Assembly (NCBI RefSeq): GCF_006345805.1
Contig: NC_042997.1
Span: forward strand, 50,840,001 to 50,904,000
Source: Octopus sinensis
Lineage: Eukaryota
Length of the DNA: 64,000 nt
Direction: 5' to 3'
Of this stretch, positions 51,490-64,000 are shown piece by piece. Numbering within the stretch: the stretch's first letter is position 1; the number at the start of each line of letters is the position of its first letter. The position numbers and the translations under genes are program-made. The notes under the pieces are model-generated. The model had not been told where the DNA came from. It was given only the letters and a program-made list of their open reading frames with translations, and ran no database searches.

Positions 51490-52945
51490 TACGAGAGTGG
51501 GCTGAAAGGTTCACAGGTTAAATATGAAAGAGTGGTGCTAGAGCAATGAAATCTTGCTTGAATTAACTTCAACCTTTCTTATTAATAATTGCAATGTTTC
51601 TTTCCGTGTAAACTAACTATTTAACCCTTTCGTTACTGTATTTATTTTGAGATGCTCTGTGTTTCTTTCAATTACTTTAAATATAACAAAGAATTTAGTA
51701 AAATAACTTAGTTATCATTCAGCTAGTGTTAGGAACATAAATTGTTGACTAAAGTTTGGTGCAAGATTTTAATTCCAAACTTATGAATACAAGACATTTG
51801 TACTACAGAGCCAGAGCCGGTTTCAGCCAGGTTGGTAACGAAGGGGTTAAAGAAGACTTCAAATATAACTAGTAGCAACTTCTCTTGAAAACGGTCAAAA
51901 CTTGGCATTGTGGTGTTATCAAGTATCAGCAGAAAAAGGGTTTAGCCGCTAAGGATATTCATGTTGACATGCTGGTTACATTAGGGGATGACGCACCAAA
52001 TTTATCAACAGTACAAAAGCGGGCAGCTGCTGCTAGTAAAAGATGGGTAAGTCTTGAAGATGACCGGAGGTCTGGATGTCCTGCAACTGCCACCACCAAG
52101 GAAAACATTGATTGCATTCACCACATGGTGAGGGATGTTAGGCACTTGACTATAGATCAAATAGCATATTATTAGCATATTTCGTGAGAGTGTTCAGAAT
52201 AATGTGCACAACGAACAGGTTTTTGCTCAGTAGGTGACACATCATCTGACACCTGGTCAAAAGCACACATCACATGAAAATCTGACATTGTTAGAGACAG
52301 ATACTCTGGGGGTTTCCTTGAAAGTTTCCTAACACAGAATGAGTGTTTGGGTTCATCACACTGAGTCAGAGGCAAAGAGACAATCCATGCAGTGAAAACA
52401 CTGCTCCAAAAAGGAGCCATAGTTCTTTCATCTGCAGGGAAAGTGATGGCCTCAGTTTTTGGCAAGGATGCAAAAGGTATTGTGCTTCTTGAAAAGGGTC
52501 ACACAGTCAATGGGAAGTAATATGCCAACTTGCTGAGGCAGTTATGAAAGGCTATCAAGGTGAAATGCCCAGGAAAACCAACGAAAGGGATCTTGTTTCA
52601 TCATGACAATGCTCCAGCACAAGTCCTTAGTTTCAAAGGCTGCTCTGCTTGACTGTGGCTTTGAACTAGTTGATCACCGTCCCTATTAACCTGATTTAGC
52701 CCCATCTGTTCCCCAACATGAAAAAGCAGTTGGCTGGGAACCAGTATCACAGTGATGATGTCGTCATATCTGCTGTTGATTGTTTTTGAGCAACAGGATG
52801 AAAACTTCTTCACAAATGGAGTCAAAGCACTGCAACACCAACTGAACAAATGTGTGGACCGCAAGGGAGACATGAAAAATAAGCCTCATTTAGGTCACAT
52901 TCCATGAGAGTATCTTAAGCCTATGAACTTTCCAGTCAACCCTTT
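51490..52945 (+). mobile_element. Degenerate full-length mariner transposon in a LIG1 intron
   Basis: Imperfect TIRs (GAGTGGGCTGAAAGGTTCACAGG / CCTATGAACTTTCCAGTCAACC); SLEDDRRSGCP, SAGKVMASVF, LFHHDNAPA, PDLAP-like motifs with many stops. Confidence 0.88.
51625..51846. mobile_element. piggyBac-like MITE nested in the mariner
   Basis: TTAA|CCCTTTCGTTAC...GTAACGAAGGGG|TTAA; reverse orientation of 45280-45500. Confidence 0.88.
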
Positions 52946-53774
52946 TTTTTTTTTCTCTCCTTGTTTCAGCTCAGAGCTGCGGCCATGCTGATGCACCACC
53001 ATTATCTCTTTTTGACCCCAGTGCGAAAATGGTACTTTATTTATCGGCCCCAAAAGGATGAAAGGCAAAGTCGACCATGGCGGAATTTGAACTCAGAACC
53101 TAACGACAGACGAAATACCACTAAGCATCTTGCTCAGCATGTTAACGTTTCTGCCAGATATTTTTGCATGATTTTTACAGATGGTTGCCTTTCTTCTCCC
53201 CAATTGCATTACAGTGTGGACTGGGTATATTTTATAGTGCAACCCAGCACTAGAGAGGTTGTCTGTAAACATTAAAGAGTCTATTCCACTTAGTTTTTGT
53301 TCGGAGTTACTGCCCCCTTTGCTAGAGCTGAGGGTCCATGCTTGCTCTGTTCTTTCATCCTTATCTATTGGCATGATCTTTTAATCATGGCTGGATGACT
53401 TACAACTACACAGTTTATAACATCAGAATACAAACCAATGAGAGAATCTCTACATCAGTTATGGGCAAACTGTGACCCATGGGTCTTTCTGAATGGCACA
53501 CCTAGCAACAAATTGTTTTTAATACTGCCAATGAGTCATATCTCATGCGACTCACATCTCAAAAAAGTTGCCTATATCAGCACTACATCATCGCTCAACC
53601 AGCTAAAAATAGCAGCCAAATCTCCCTTAAACAATACTCTACTGTCTGAAGGGGATATATTAGAAAATGAGATCCTGAGTCCCCCTTCACATAGGAAAAA
53701 ATAAACAACATTATGTAAATGACCTCAGATTCAATGTTCATTGAACATTTCAACAGATAAAGTCACAATCTAAC

Positions 53775-53927
53775 CTTGCAAACAGTTTGAAATTCTTCAT
53801 TTTCATCATCATAACAGGCTAATAAGAAGCCACCATAGCGTCCGGTTCGTTTTCCAGTGCCCAAATAGCCTCCAATGGCCACTAAATCTAAAGTATCACC
53901 AACACCATCAAGGTAGTCTTTCTTTAG
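53775..53927 (-). CDS. LIG1: DNA ligase 1 exon
   Basis: [40 protein letters not shown]...QTVCK, 153 nt. Confidence 0.97.
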
Positions 53928-55339
53928 CTGTAAGGAAGAGAAAATAACCAGTGCAATCAGTTTTTCTGACATAAAGAGACAATCTTATAATAGATTGGGG
54001 AGAATTACAATTTCTCTCTGCAGCAAGTTGTTTTTTTTATTTTAGTTTTTTTAATTATATCTGTCATCACTACATAGAAGGCTGCAGGGTATATCAGACG
54101 AAACGTTGTGTTAACAACAAACAGGATGAGGACAAATATCCGTCGAATGTAAATAATGTACATAATTCCTCATCTCTTCAATATAGAACTATATAAAATT
54201 TACAATTGGATAAGGTGTGTGTGCGTGCATGCATGAATGAATGAATGAATGAATGAATGAATGAATGAATTGCATAAGAAGATTTTAATGTAAATGATAT
54301 AAAACATAAGTATCAACTTGAGCTGAGACGAAAAATAAAAGAGTAGCAGGCCCACAAGCGGAACTCAAACTTTGAACTTGTTCCAAATAGCACAATCTCT
54401 GTATTCAGTACTATTCCCCTCATTTCTATACACTAAAGTTCCACACATACACACACACACAAATCTTTTCCTAGATCAAACCATTCCAAGTATACATTAA
54501 AGATATGTTGCCCATAGTTTTGTTACTCAAGATACACCATATGTCAGGACCAGTATTATCTAAAGGTAGGGCACCATAGGTGCTGCAGCAGTAATGCCTT
54601 CAAAGCACAAGGGACCACTAAACAGTTTAATTATATACTGATGGAGTTGTCACAGAAGTGATACTCAAGCTGAACTAGCACTCAAGCTGGATTGTACTCA
54701 AACTGGGCTTCACTCAAGCTGGATCATCACTTGAAATAGAGTGTCATACAAATTGGGCCAGGCTATCACTCAACTTCTCAGCTGCTATATCAACCTTAAA
54801 AAAACTCCCCTACTGTCTTCAAAACTGAGAATCACAAGATTTAAGTCCTAAAGCTTGATATAATACACTGCAATGAAGTCCAAAATGAATAAAACTTGAA
54901 TACTTAGTGCTGAATTTTAACCCAAGACACATCAGCTGTAGCATATCTGTATATCTAGGCACTGAAAACGTGGAGTGCTAAGATTTAGATCAGTAAACTT
55001 TGGGACAGAGTTTTACACAAGGAGAGATAATCTACAATAGCAAAATCAATTTTATCGGGAATATATATAGAGAGAGATAAAGCAGTGAATTGTCAGAATT
55101 GTTAGCGTGCTGGGTAAAATACTTAGTGGCATTTCGTCTGTCTTTATATTCTGAGTTCAAATTCCACTGAGACTGACTTTGCTTTGCACCCTTTCAGGGC
55201 TGATAAAATGAGTACCAGTTGAATACTGGTGTTGGTGTAACTGACTAGCTCCTCCCCACAAATTGCTGGTCTTGTACCAAAATTTGAAACCAATATTTAA
55301 AAAGAGACAAAGAAAGATACATAAAATATAAAGTTATAC

Positions 55340-55422
55340 CTTCAACCAGTTGTGTGATCTTTTGGCAATTTCATACGTGGCATCAACGTCAAGAGTTTTG
55401 ACAATTAGGCCTTCACAGTTAC
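55340..55422 (-). CDS. LIG1: DNA ligase 1 exon (motifs IV-V)
   Basis: (G)[27 protein letters not shown], 83 nt, phase 1 to phase 0. Confidence 0.97.
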
Positions 55423-56455
55423 CTGTAACAATACAAATATGTATACATAAATACATATCATTGTCAGAGAAAGATTCAGGACAATAACAACCGAGTGGTT
55501 AACACAAAAGATGTTTCTTATGTTCGAATTAATTAATTTGCATTTTTGAGTTGTGTTTCTTGTTAGACTTGACCAGAATCAATTGTTAAGGCTAATGACC
55601 TTTCTCTTCTCTAAAGGTGTAATTTTACATATACTTTTCAAAGCACACTACATCAAGTTTGTTAGCTTGTTCTAAACCATTACAAAATAAGTCATGTGTT
55701 CAAACTCTATCATGGACACAATGTTCCATCCAAATGAAAGGTAGTATAACTTTGTTTGCCTCATGTAACCTACTGATCTAAATGGAAAGAAGTGTGTTGG
55801 CTGAGTCATCATGATTTCCAAATTCCAGAGATCAAATCTTGACATAGATAATCATCATCATCATCATCATTTAACATCCGATTTCCATGTTAGCATGGGT
55901 TGGACGATCTGACAGGAGCTGACCAGTCAGGGAGTTGTCCAGACTCCAGTTGTCTGTTGAGGTATGATTTCTATGGCTGTATGTCCTTCCTAACACCAAT
56001 CACTTTACAGAGTGGTTGGCATTAGGAAGGGCGTCCAGCCGTAATTACAATGTAATTCTAGAATCATTCTAAGGTGGCAAACTGGCAGAATTGTTACCAT
56101 GATAGACAAAATGCTTAGCAGCATTTCTTCTGTTTTTACATTCTGAGTTCAAATCTCACTGAGGTCAACTTTGTCTTTTATTTTTTGGGGGTTGATAAAG
56201 TAAGTACTAGTTAAGTACTCAGCTCAATGTAATTAACTACTCCCTCCCCACAAAATTTCAGGCCTTGTGCCTATAGTAGAAAGAATTCTAGACATTCTTA
56301 GGTACACCAGTACTCAAGTCTCATTACCTGCAGTATTGCACACGCTTCACTAACTACTGTAATTGCCAAAATCTACACTAATATAGGAGAAAAAAAATAT
56401 TAAAAAAAAAAAAAAAAATTATGTTCAAAAATACATAGAAGTTGATTTCAGTTAC

Positions 56456-56672
56456 CTTTTATTGATTCTTCTAAAAATTCTCCAATAACTTCAGGGTTTG
56501 ATGCTGTAAGAGATTTGGCAAAAACCAATTCTCCTTCTACTTCAAAAAAATTGTCCCAGAGCAACTGCCGTCTCTTGCGGAAAGGTTCTCGAACTAGTGA
56601 CTCACCGTTGAGGTAAAGCAAATCAAATGCATGGATACACACCTGAACTTTGATATCATCAGTGGAAGCATC
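56456..56672 (-). CDS. LIG1: DNA ligase 1 exon (motif IIIa)
   Basis: [35 protein letters not shown]...FLEESIK(G), 217 nt. Confidence 0.97.
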
Positions 56673-58359
56673 CTGTTACCAAAGAAAGTAGAGAGAAAAA
56701 ATCAGTTGAAGACAGCTTTGAATAACAAATGAAAACAGACTTCGACTTCAAATTAATCATAATGTTAACAATGTTTTTTTTTCACACTGACATAAACCTG
56801 TATATCTATATGACAATAGGAGCAGGCATGGCTGTGTGGTTCACAAGCCTAGTTCCCAACAATGTGGTCTTCAAGAAGCTGAACCTTTAGGGTGAGATGA
56901 CAAAGGACCAAGATATCTGGCGCCTGGCTGTACTCAACAGCAGAAGTGTCAAGACCAATCCTTCTGTTGGGTGAAGCACACATGGCGGTGCTACGTAAAA
57001 GCACACATGTGGTACCAAATGAAATGCCCATGCAGTGACACATAAGAGCACCTGTGCAGTGCCCATGCAGCACCATGTAAAAGCACCTGTGTGGTGCCAT
57101 GTAAAAACACCTGTGCAGTGCCACGTAAAAGCATCCAGCACACTCTGTAAAGTGGTTTGCATTAGGAAGGGCATCCAGCAGTAGAAACCATGCCAAATCA
57201 GACTAGAGTCTGGTGCAGCCCCATCAGCTTGTCAGCTCTGGTCATACCATCCAACCACCCATGCCAGCATGGACAATGGACATTAAATGATGATGATGAT
57301 GATGCATGGCACTGTGGGCAAGTGTCTTCTACTACAGCCTCAAGCCAACTAAAGTCTTGTGAGAGAATTTGGCAGACAGAGCATTATTGTCATACAAGCA
57401 AAGTTTTTCATTTCCAGTCTTCAGTGAAAAACATGTCTAGCTAAGGAAAATATTGCCTTACATGGAAACAAGAGGTAGGGCATCTGGCCATAGAAAAATC
57501 TGCCTCAGCAAATTCCATCTGGACTAAGCAAGCATGTAAAAGTAGACATTCAATGATGATGAAGATCCTAGTGAATTATTGATAATTATTTCAATGACTC
57601 TGAAGAAACAAAATGCTAAGTTGACCTCAGAAAATACAGAAGTGAAACTAAATACCATAAAGTATTCAGTCAACTGTTCTATCAATATTTAGTCATCACC
57701 ATCATAATCAGCATTCATAGGTGCAGTTGTGCAATACCCCACCTTTTTATGTCATCTTATAAGTGATATTTAATACTTTCAAATCTGATCTATCTCCATC
57801 AGAAATGTTAGTTATATTTTTATCATAGTTCCTCCCTACTACAATTGCACAATGATACCAGCCTAGCATGCATCATCATAGTGGCATCATTGTTTCAACT
57901 ATATACACTGACTAACATTCTTCATGCCTTCTCACTTTTCCCAATTGATGAGATACTCAACTTGTTCCTCACGTAAGATTTACACAACCAACAGGCCGTG
58001 TCTGAATCTTCTACAACCACTTCTAATACACTACTGCCTTTTCACATTGTTCATTAACAACTTAGATTTCAGTTCTAATTGCAGAATTATTTAATGGCCA
58101 GTGCCAAGTTGTCTCTGAAGAATTCTTAGCTGGACTTGAAACTATGCAAAATCACTATTCTGATTTTTTTTTTTTCTTTTTGTCATTATGAACATCAGCC
58201 AGCATCACTGGAAAGCTAGCTCTTGTATACAGATTTCCTATTATGGTTAAAGATGTTATTCCTATCCTCATAACTGCACATTGATGTTACAGTTGGATGC
58301 ATTTCTCATTGCTAACTACTCGACCATGATATGAGAATAACAGTCTGAAATAACCAGTG

Positions 58360-58596
58360 TATGCATGCCCAGTCTAGAAGCAGAATTTATAGGTGATCAG
58401 TCTAGAAGTAGATTATGTGTACCCAATCTAGAAGCAGAGTATATGTACCTCATCTCGAAACAAAGTGTATGTACTCACTTTAGAGGCAGAGTTTATCTAT
58501 GCCCAGTCTAGAAACAGAGAATATGTGGCTTATCTAGAATCAGGGTATATATGTGCCCAATGTAGAAACACAGTATATAATTGCCCAGTCTAGAAG
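58360..58596 (+). repeat. Degenerate minisatellite, unit about 30 bp, about 8 copies
   Basis: Recurring TGCCCAGTCTAGAAGCAGAGTATATG-like units. Confidence 0.75.
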
Positions 58597-59768
58597 AGCC
58601 ACCACAGTTCAACTAATAAGGAAGGTACTGATAAACATATCTAATGAACATTAGTGACAGACCTACAACCAACCTTGTACTGCCAGCACATATTTCATCC
58701 CAACACACAACAGGAATACTGGTTAAGTGAGAGAATTCCCAATAGTAAAGAACTTTCATCTGCAGACCACATACTACCTGTTTGGTAGAATGGATGACAA
58801 GGCGGCGAGCTGGCACGCCAGGTGAAATGCTTAGTGCATTTTGTCTGCCGCTACGTTCTGAGTTCAAATTCCGCTGAAGTCAACTTTGCCTTTCATCCTT
58901 TCGGGGTCGATAAATAAAGTACCAATTACGCACTGGGGTCAATGTAATCGACTTAATCTCTTTGTCTGTCCTTGTTTGTCCCCTCTATGTTTAGCCCCTT
59001 GTGGGCAATAAAGAAATAAGAATGGATGATAATGCTGAAACTATTACTAACATCAGAGAAAGGAAAAAAAATGGAATTGGTAGATAACTGTTGAAAGACA
59101 TGCAGAACATGTGCTTGCACATGAGTTGAAGAACAGTGCCAAGTTTAACGGCCCCTGGATATTCCAGATAGGCATCAAATTGGACAACAGTGCTTTCCAA
59201 GTTAGCATGGCTCTTTACTTGGCCTTGAAAATGTGCCAAATAATAATGTGTAAAGGTGACCATTAGGCTGCTCCAAACTGATATCATATGCTGTTGCAAC
59301 ATTTATGTGACAAGAGCTACCTAGCAAAACAATGAAAGAAACAAAAGAAACAAATGAGCCCTAGTATCTACAAGCATATCAGCAATCTTGGATCTCACAG
59401 GACTGGCATCTAACTATGTGAGATCCAAACTATGGTGAATACTTGAATGGAATTATCTGCCTCCCATAACCCACAGATCACTTGTTGACCTGGGATGCTA
59501 CCTATCACCAACACTTTCACAGAGAACAACATTGTTCACTCCTTGAGTACAATGAAAGCCCATGTTGACAGACAGCAGAATGTATGAATGCTAAACACAT
59601 GTCCCTTTAAACTTGTGACAATAGAAACACTGGACTCCACCAGCAAATTGAGAGTTTCCATCAATGCCATTGGCTGATGACAAACAAAGTGCTCTACTTC
59701 AGGATTGTAGAAATGAATTGGTCCAGCAGTCATTGACAGAGACGTTTTGTGTTTCAGTGGACAGCTGC

Positions 59769-59926
59769 ACTGTTGATGGCCACACCCTTACCATTTGTAC
59801 AGACCTGGACTGTTGATGGCCACACCCTTACCATTTGTACAGACCTGGACTGTTGATGGCCACACCCTTACCATTTGTACAGACCTGGACTGTTGATGGC
59901 CACACCCTTACCATTTGTACAGACCT
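59769..59926 (+). repeat. Perfect 40-bp tandem repeat, about 4 copies
   Basis: ACTGTTGATGGCCACACCCTTACCATTTGTACAGACCTGG head to tail, no spacers. Confidence 0.95.
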
Positions 59927-60172
59927 AAATTAAAAGAAAAGGAAGGAAAATATTACTCTTTACTCTTTTACTTGTTTCAGTCATTTGACTGTGGCCATGC
60001 TAGAGCACCGCCTATAGTTCAGCAAATCGACCTCAGAACTTATTCTTTGGAAGCCTAGTACTTATTCTAGCGGTCTCTTTTGCCGAACCACTAAGTGGCG
60101 GGGACGTAAACACACCAACATCGGTTTTCAAGCAATGTTGGGGGGGGGACAAACACAGACATATACACACAC

Positions 60173-60204
<32 letters not shown>

Positions 60205-60497
60205 GACAGGCTTCTTTAAGTTTCCGTCTACCAAATCCACTCACAAAGCTTTGGTTGGCCCGAGGCTATAGTAGAAGACACTTGCCCAAGGTGCCATGCA
60301 GTGGGACTGAACCCGGAACCATGTGGTTTGTAAGTAAGCTACTTACCACACAGCCACTCCTACGCCTATTGTATATTCTAGACCAACTCTCTTGCACTCA
60401 GTTCAACACTTAGCTTCATATTGCACATTTAGAAGGTCACACTATTCTTTTTTCCTTTCACTTATAGCAGTGCCCCTACTTTAATTACTTGCAAAAC

Positions 60498-60925
60498 AGA
60501 TCTTTTCGGTTTGAACGGCAGTTTTTAACATAATTTCTAGTTAACTAAAAAATTTTAAACTTCGTATACTGGTAGAATGTGTTTATAAAACATCTTTTTC
60601 TCTTGGTTTTATTGAGAAAATTCTATAGTTTGTAAGATATTTGTTATTTTTTTGTTCTTCAATTTCTGCAATTTCAACCAATCAGTGACATCTATTGAGT
60701 TAAAAAGCATTCTGTGCCGTATGAATATGTCCCTCGTTTAAGAAACAGATTGGGTTTATTTACATTTGTGAAGAAAAAAAAGATACCCTTCCCCACCCCT
60801 AACCCTAACTAACCCTAACCCTAAAACAGATTGAAATGCAATAGATCGATACTAGGGTCATAATTAAGGGTGACAATTTCATATGACACCGGTAGAAAAA
60901 ACTGCCGTTCAAACGGAAAAGATCC
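60498..60925. mobile_element. MITE with about 29-bp TIRs and 8-bp TSD
   Basis: GATCTTTTCGGTTTGAACGGCAGTTTTT / AAAAACTGCCGTTCAAACGGAAAAGATC; TGCAAAAC at 60490-60497 and 60926-60933. Confidence 0.88.
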
Positions 60926-60971
60926 TGCAAAACTCACGACACTAGCTCAGAAAGAAAGGTGTTTTACTTGC

Positions 60972-61178
60972 CTTCTTCTTACGTGTACTCAGGACTTGAA
61001 ATGGTAAGATGCATTGGTTTTCTTTATCCCAAGCAACAGCTTCTGAATCAAGAACAAAAGATTTGACATCTTTGCCAACAGACTTTGATATTCTCTGAAT
61101 GACATCTGGATATTTGGTAGTATTGTCTTCTGAATTGCGGCTGTAGATCTCTACTTTACCATCTTCCTTCATGTGAAT
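60972..61178 (-). CDS. LIG1: DNA ligase 1 exon (motif III), GC donor
   Basis: [25 protein letters not shown]...[11 protein letters not shown]...[13 protein letters not shown], 207 nt, ending AAG|GCAAGT. Confidence 0.93.
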
Positions 61179-61560
61179 CTGCCAGCAAACAAAGAAATTA
61201 TCACTGAAATAAATTCTGCATCCTAAGTCTGTAAGATTCTTTGAAACAGACAAACATGCATGCATGTGTGTTTTGAGAGGATTTAACATAAAACTGTATC
61301 TCACGGATGGAGTAGGAATCACTGTAGAGTGGGTTATACCATTAGCATACCAGGTTACTCTTTTACTTGTTTCAGTCATTTGACTGTGGCCATGCTGGAG
61401 CACTGCCTTTAGTCGAGCAAATCGACCCCAGGACTTATTATCTGGATGCCTAGTACATATTCTATCAGTCTCTTTTGCTGAACCGCTCGGTTATGGGGAC
61501 ATAAACACACCACCATCGGTTGTCAAGCGATGTTGGGGGGCACAAACAAACACACACATA

Positions 61561-61604
<44 letters not shown>

Positions 61605-62009
61605 CACACATCAGAATCAAAATCGATCAATGGAAATCGATCAATGGAAATTGCAGATGTGTTACCAGTGCCGGTGGCATGTAAGAGAACCTTCCGTTTC
61701 GCGACCGTTGCCAGCACCGCCCCGTTTCGTGTCCGTTGCCAGCCTCGCCTGGCCCTTGTGCCGGTGGCACATAAAAAGCACCATCCATTCGTGGCCGTTT
61801 GCCAGCTCTGTCTGGCACCTGTGTGGGTGGCACGTAAAAAGCACCCACTACACTCACGGAGTGGTTGGCGTTAGGAAGGGCATCCAGCCGTAGAAACACT
61901 GCCAGATTTGACTGGGCCTGATGAAGCCTTCTGGCTTCACAGACCCCAGTTGAACTGTCCAACCCATGCTAGCATGGAAAACGGATGCTAAACGATGATG
62001 ATGATGATG

Positions 62010-62041
<32 letters not shown>

Positions 62042-63877
62042 CATCATCATCATCATCATCGTTTAGCGTCCGTTTTCCATGCTAGCATGGGTATATATAT
62101 ATATACACACACATATATATACGATGGGCTTCTTTCAGTTTCTGTCTACTAAATCCACTCACAAGGCTTTGGTCGGCCCGAGGCTATAGCAGAAGACACT
62201 TGCCCAAGGTGCCACACAGTGGGACTGAACCCGGAACCATGTGGTTCATAAGCAAGCTATTTACCATATAGCCATTACTACATTATAATGTCTCAAACAA
62301 TAATGCTATAATGCTTTCAAATCTATTCTCCAAATGTAAACAATATTTATTTCTGATTGTCTAAAAATGTAAGCAATTCCAGTGGATGAAATGAGTCTCC
62401 TTTTGTGTGTAATACAGCATAATATTTAACCAACCCTTAAGCATTTAAACCAGCCACATCTAGTCCAAATATTCTATCTATTTTATGTTCATATTAACTT
62501 CGATGACTGGCATCCATGCTAGTGGAGCGCTAAGAGCACCATCCAAGCGTGATCATTGCCAGAGTGGCTAACTGGCTTCCGTGCCAGTGGTACGTAAAAA
62601 AGCACCATTCGAGCGTGATTGTTACCAGCGTCGCCTTACTGGCACTTGTGTTGGTGGCATGTGAAGAAAACATTCAAGCAAGGTCATTGCCAGTGCTGCT
62701 GGACTGGCTCCTGCGCAGGTGGCACATAAAAAGCACCATTTGAGTGTGGCCGTTGCCAGTACCGCCTGACTGGCCCTCGTGCCAGTGGCACGCAAAAGCA
62801 CCTACTACACTCTCAGAGTGGTTGGCATTAGGAAGGGTATCCAGCTGTAGAAACTCTGCCAGATCAAGACTGGGGCCTGGTGCAGCTATCTGGTTCGCCA
62901 GACCCCAGTCAAATTGTCCAACCCATGCTAGCATAGAAAGCGGACGCTAAATGATGATGATGATGATGATGACGATGATTAACCAGATTTGGCCTCCCAC
63001 ACCTACTCTACAAATGTTGTTCTAAAACTAAATAATCCCATCATCGTAATCTTGAGGCTTTGAGATAATGCATGATTAATTCAAAACAATGTGAATGAAT
63101 AAGCATTGCATTTGGCAGAGGAATCAGAATGCGAAAAGGTGAAACAATACAGTCATATGTTCAATCCTTTAACATTCAGATTATTCTGTTAAATGCAGTG
63201 CTTATTCATCATCATCATCATCATCGTTTAACGTCCACTTTCCATGCTAGCATGGGTTGGACGATTTGACTGCACCAAGCTACAATCTTGATCTGGCAGA
63301 GTTTCTACAGTTGGATGCCCTTCCTAATGCCAACCACTCTGAGAGTGTAGTGGGTGCTTTTACATGCCACCAGCACAAGGGCCAGTCAGGTAGTACAGGC
63401 AACAGCCACGCTCAAATGGTGCTTTTTATGTGCCAGCGGCACTGGCAACGACCTCGCTCGAATGTTTTTTATATGTGCCACCAGCACAGAATTAATGAGG
63501 TATTGTCTTGTAGCTTCAGAATTTCAATGATATGGTTGTATACATCTTTAGGATGACATTGTAGGTTAGGTGTGAGAGGGTAGATCTGGTCACTATGAAC
63601 AGGTAGAATATCTGAACCTGATTTAGCTGGTTCAAATGCAAAAGGTTTAAGGAGCAGAATATTTAACAAAGGAAAAGAGTGGAATTAAGACATTTCAAAA
63701 ACCATAATGTCGTAAAGCATTACAATTATTGGTCTAGCATTTTAATATCTTGGCTATTTAGCCTCATCATGGTATCAAAAATAAAAAATAATTTTTTAAA
63801 ATTTAATAGTAAGAAAAAGTAGCAAATGAAGACACAACAATTATAATATGAACAGTAAAATCACTAAAAAAAATTAC

Positions 63878-63993
63878 CTGAGCTCTTTCTCCATCATATT
63901 TATATTCACAGGTAAATTCAGCCTCATCAAATTTTGCCAACACATCGCTGATACCTTTTGTGGGGTTCGCTAACATAGGCTTTAGAGGGATTC
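63878..63993 (-). CDS. LIG1: DNA ligase 1 exon containing the adenylated lysine (motif I)
   Basis: (G)[38 protein letters not shown], 116 nt. The gene continues beyond the window. Confidence 0.97.
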
Positions 63994-64000
63994 CTGAAAA

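Noticed and set aside
59769-59926. CRISPR-like array
   Set aside because: Units abut with no spacers, the context is a eukaryotic intron, and no cas genes are present.
60797-60824. True telomere or chromosome-fusion scar
   Set aside because: Only about four units, contained within a MITE.

Overview
AT-rich, microsatellite-laden animal genomic DNA, most consistent with an octopus or other cephalopod (inferred from the repeat landscape, not verified). The right third holds the last eight coding exons of DNA ligase 1 (LIG1) on the minus strand, including the KYDGER active-site exon and one GC-AG intron. The rest is a dense patchwork of mobile DNA: a near-intact Penelope-like element (RT plus C-terminal GIY-YIG) with inverted pseudo-LTRs, two further Penelope-like remnants, RTE LINE, Gypsy, Helitron, Tc1 and mariner fragments, two related solo LTRs, MITEs and many tRNA-derived SINEs. 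The main signal not explained by ORFs is a set of type I hammerhead ribozymes from at least six otherwise dissimilar repeat families. Their catalytic-core 3-8 pair co-varies (C3-G8, U3-A8 in three families, G3-C8 in one). One sits in a non-coding, circularly permuted 477-nt retrozyme-like unit. A possible first coding exon of an unidentified gene lies at about 26.1 kb. All coordinates were read by eye; repeat boundaries are approximate.
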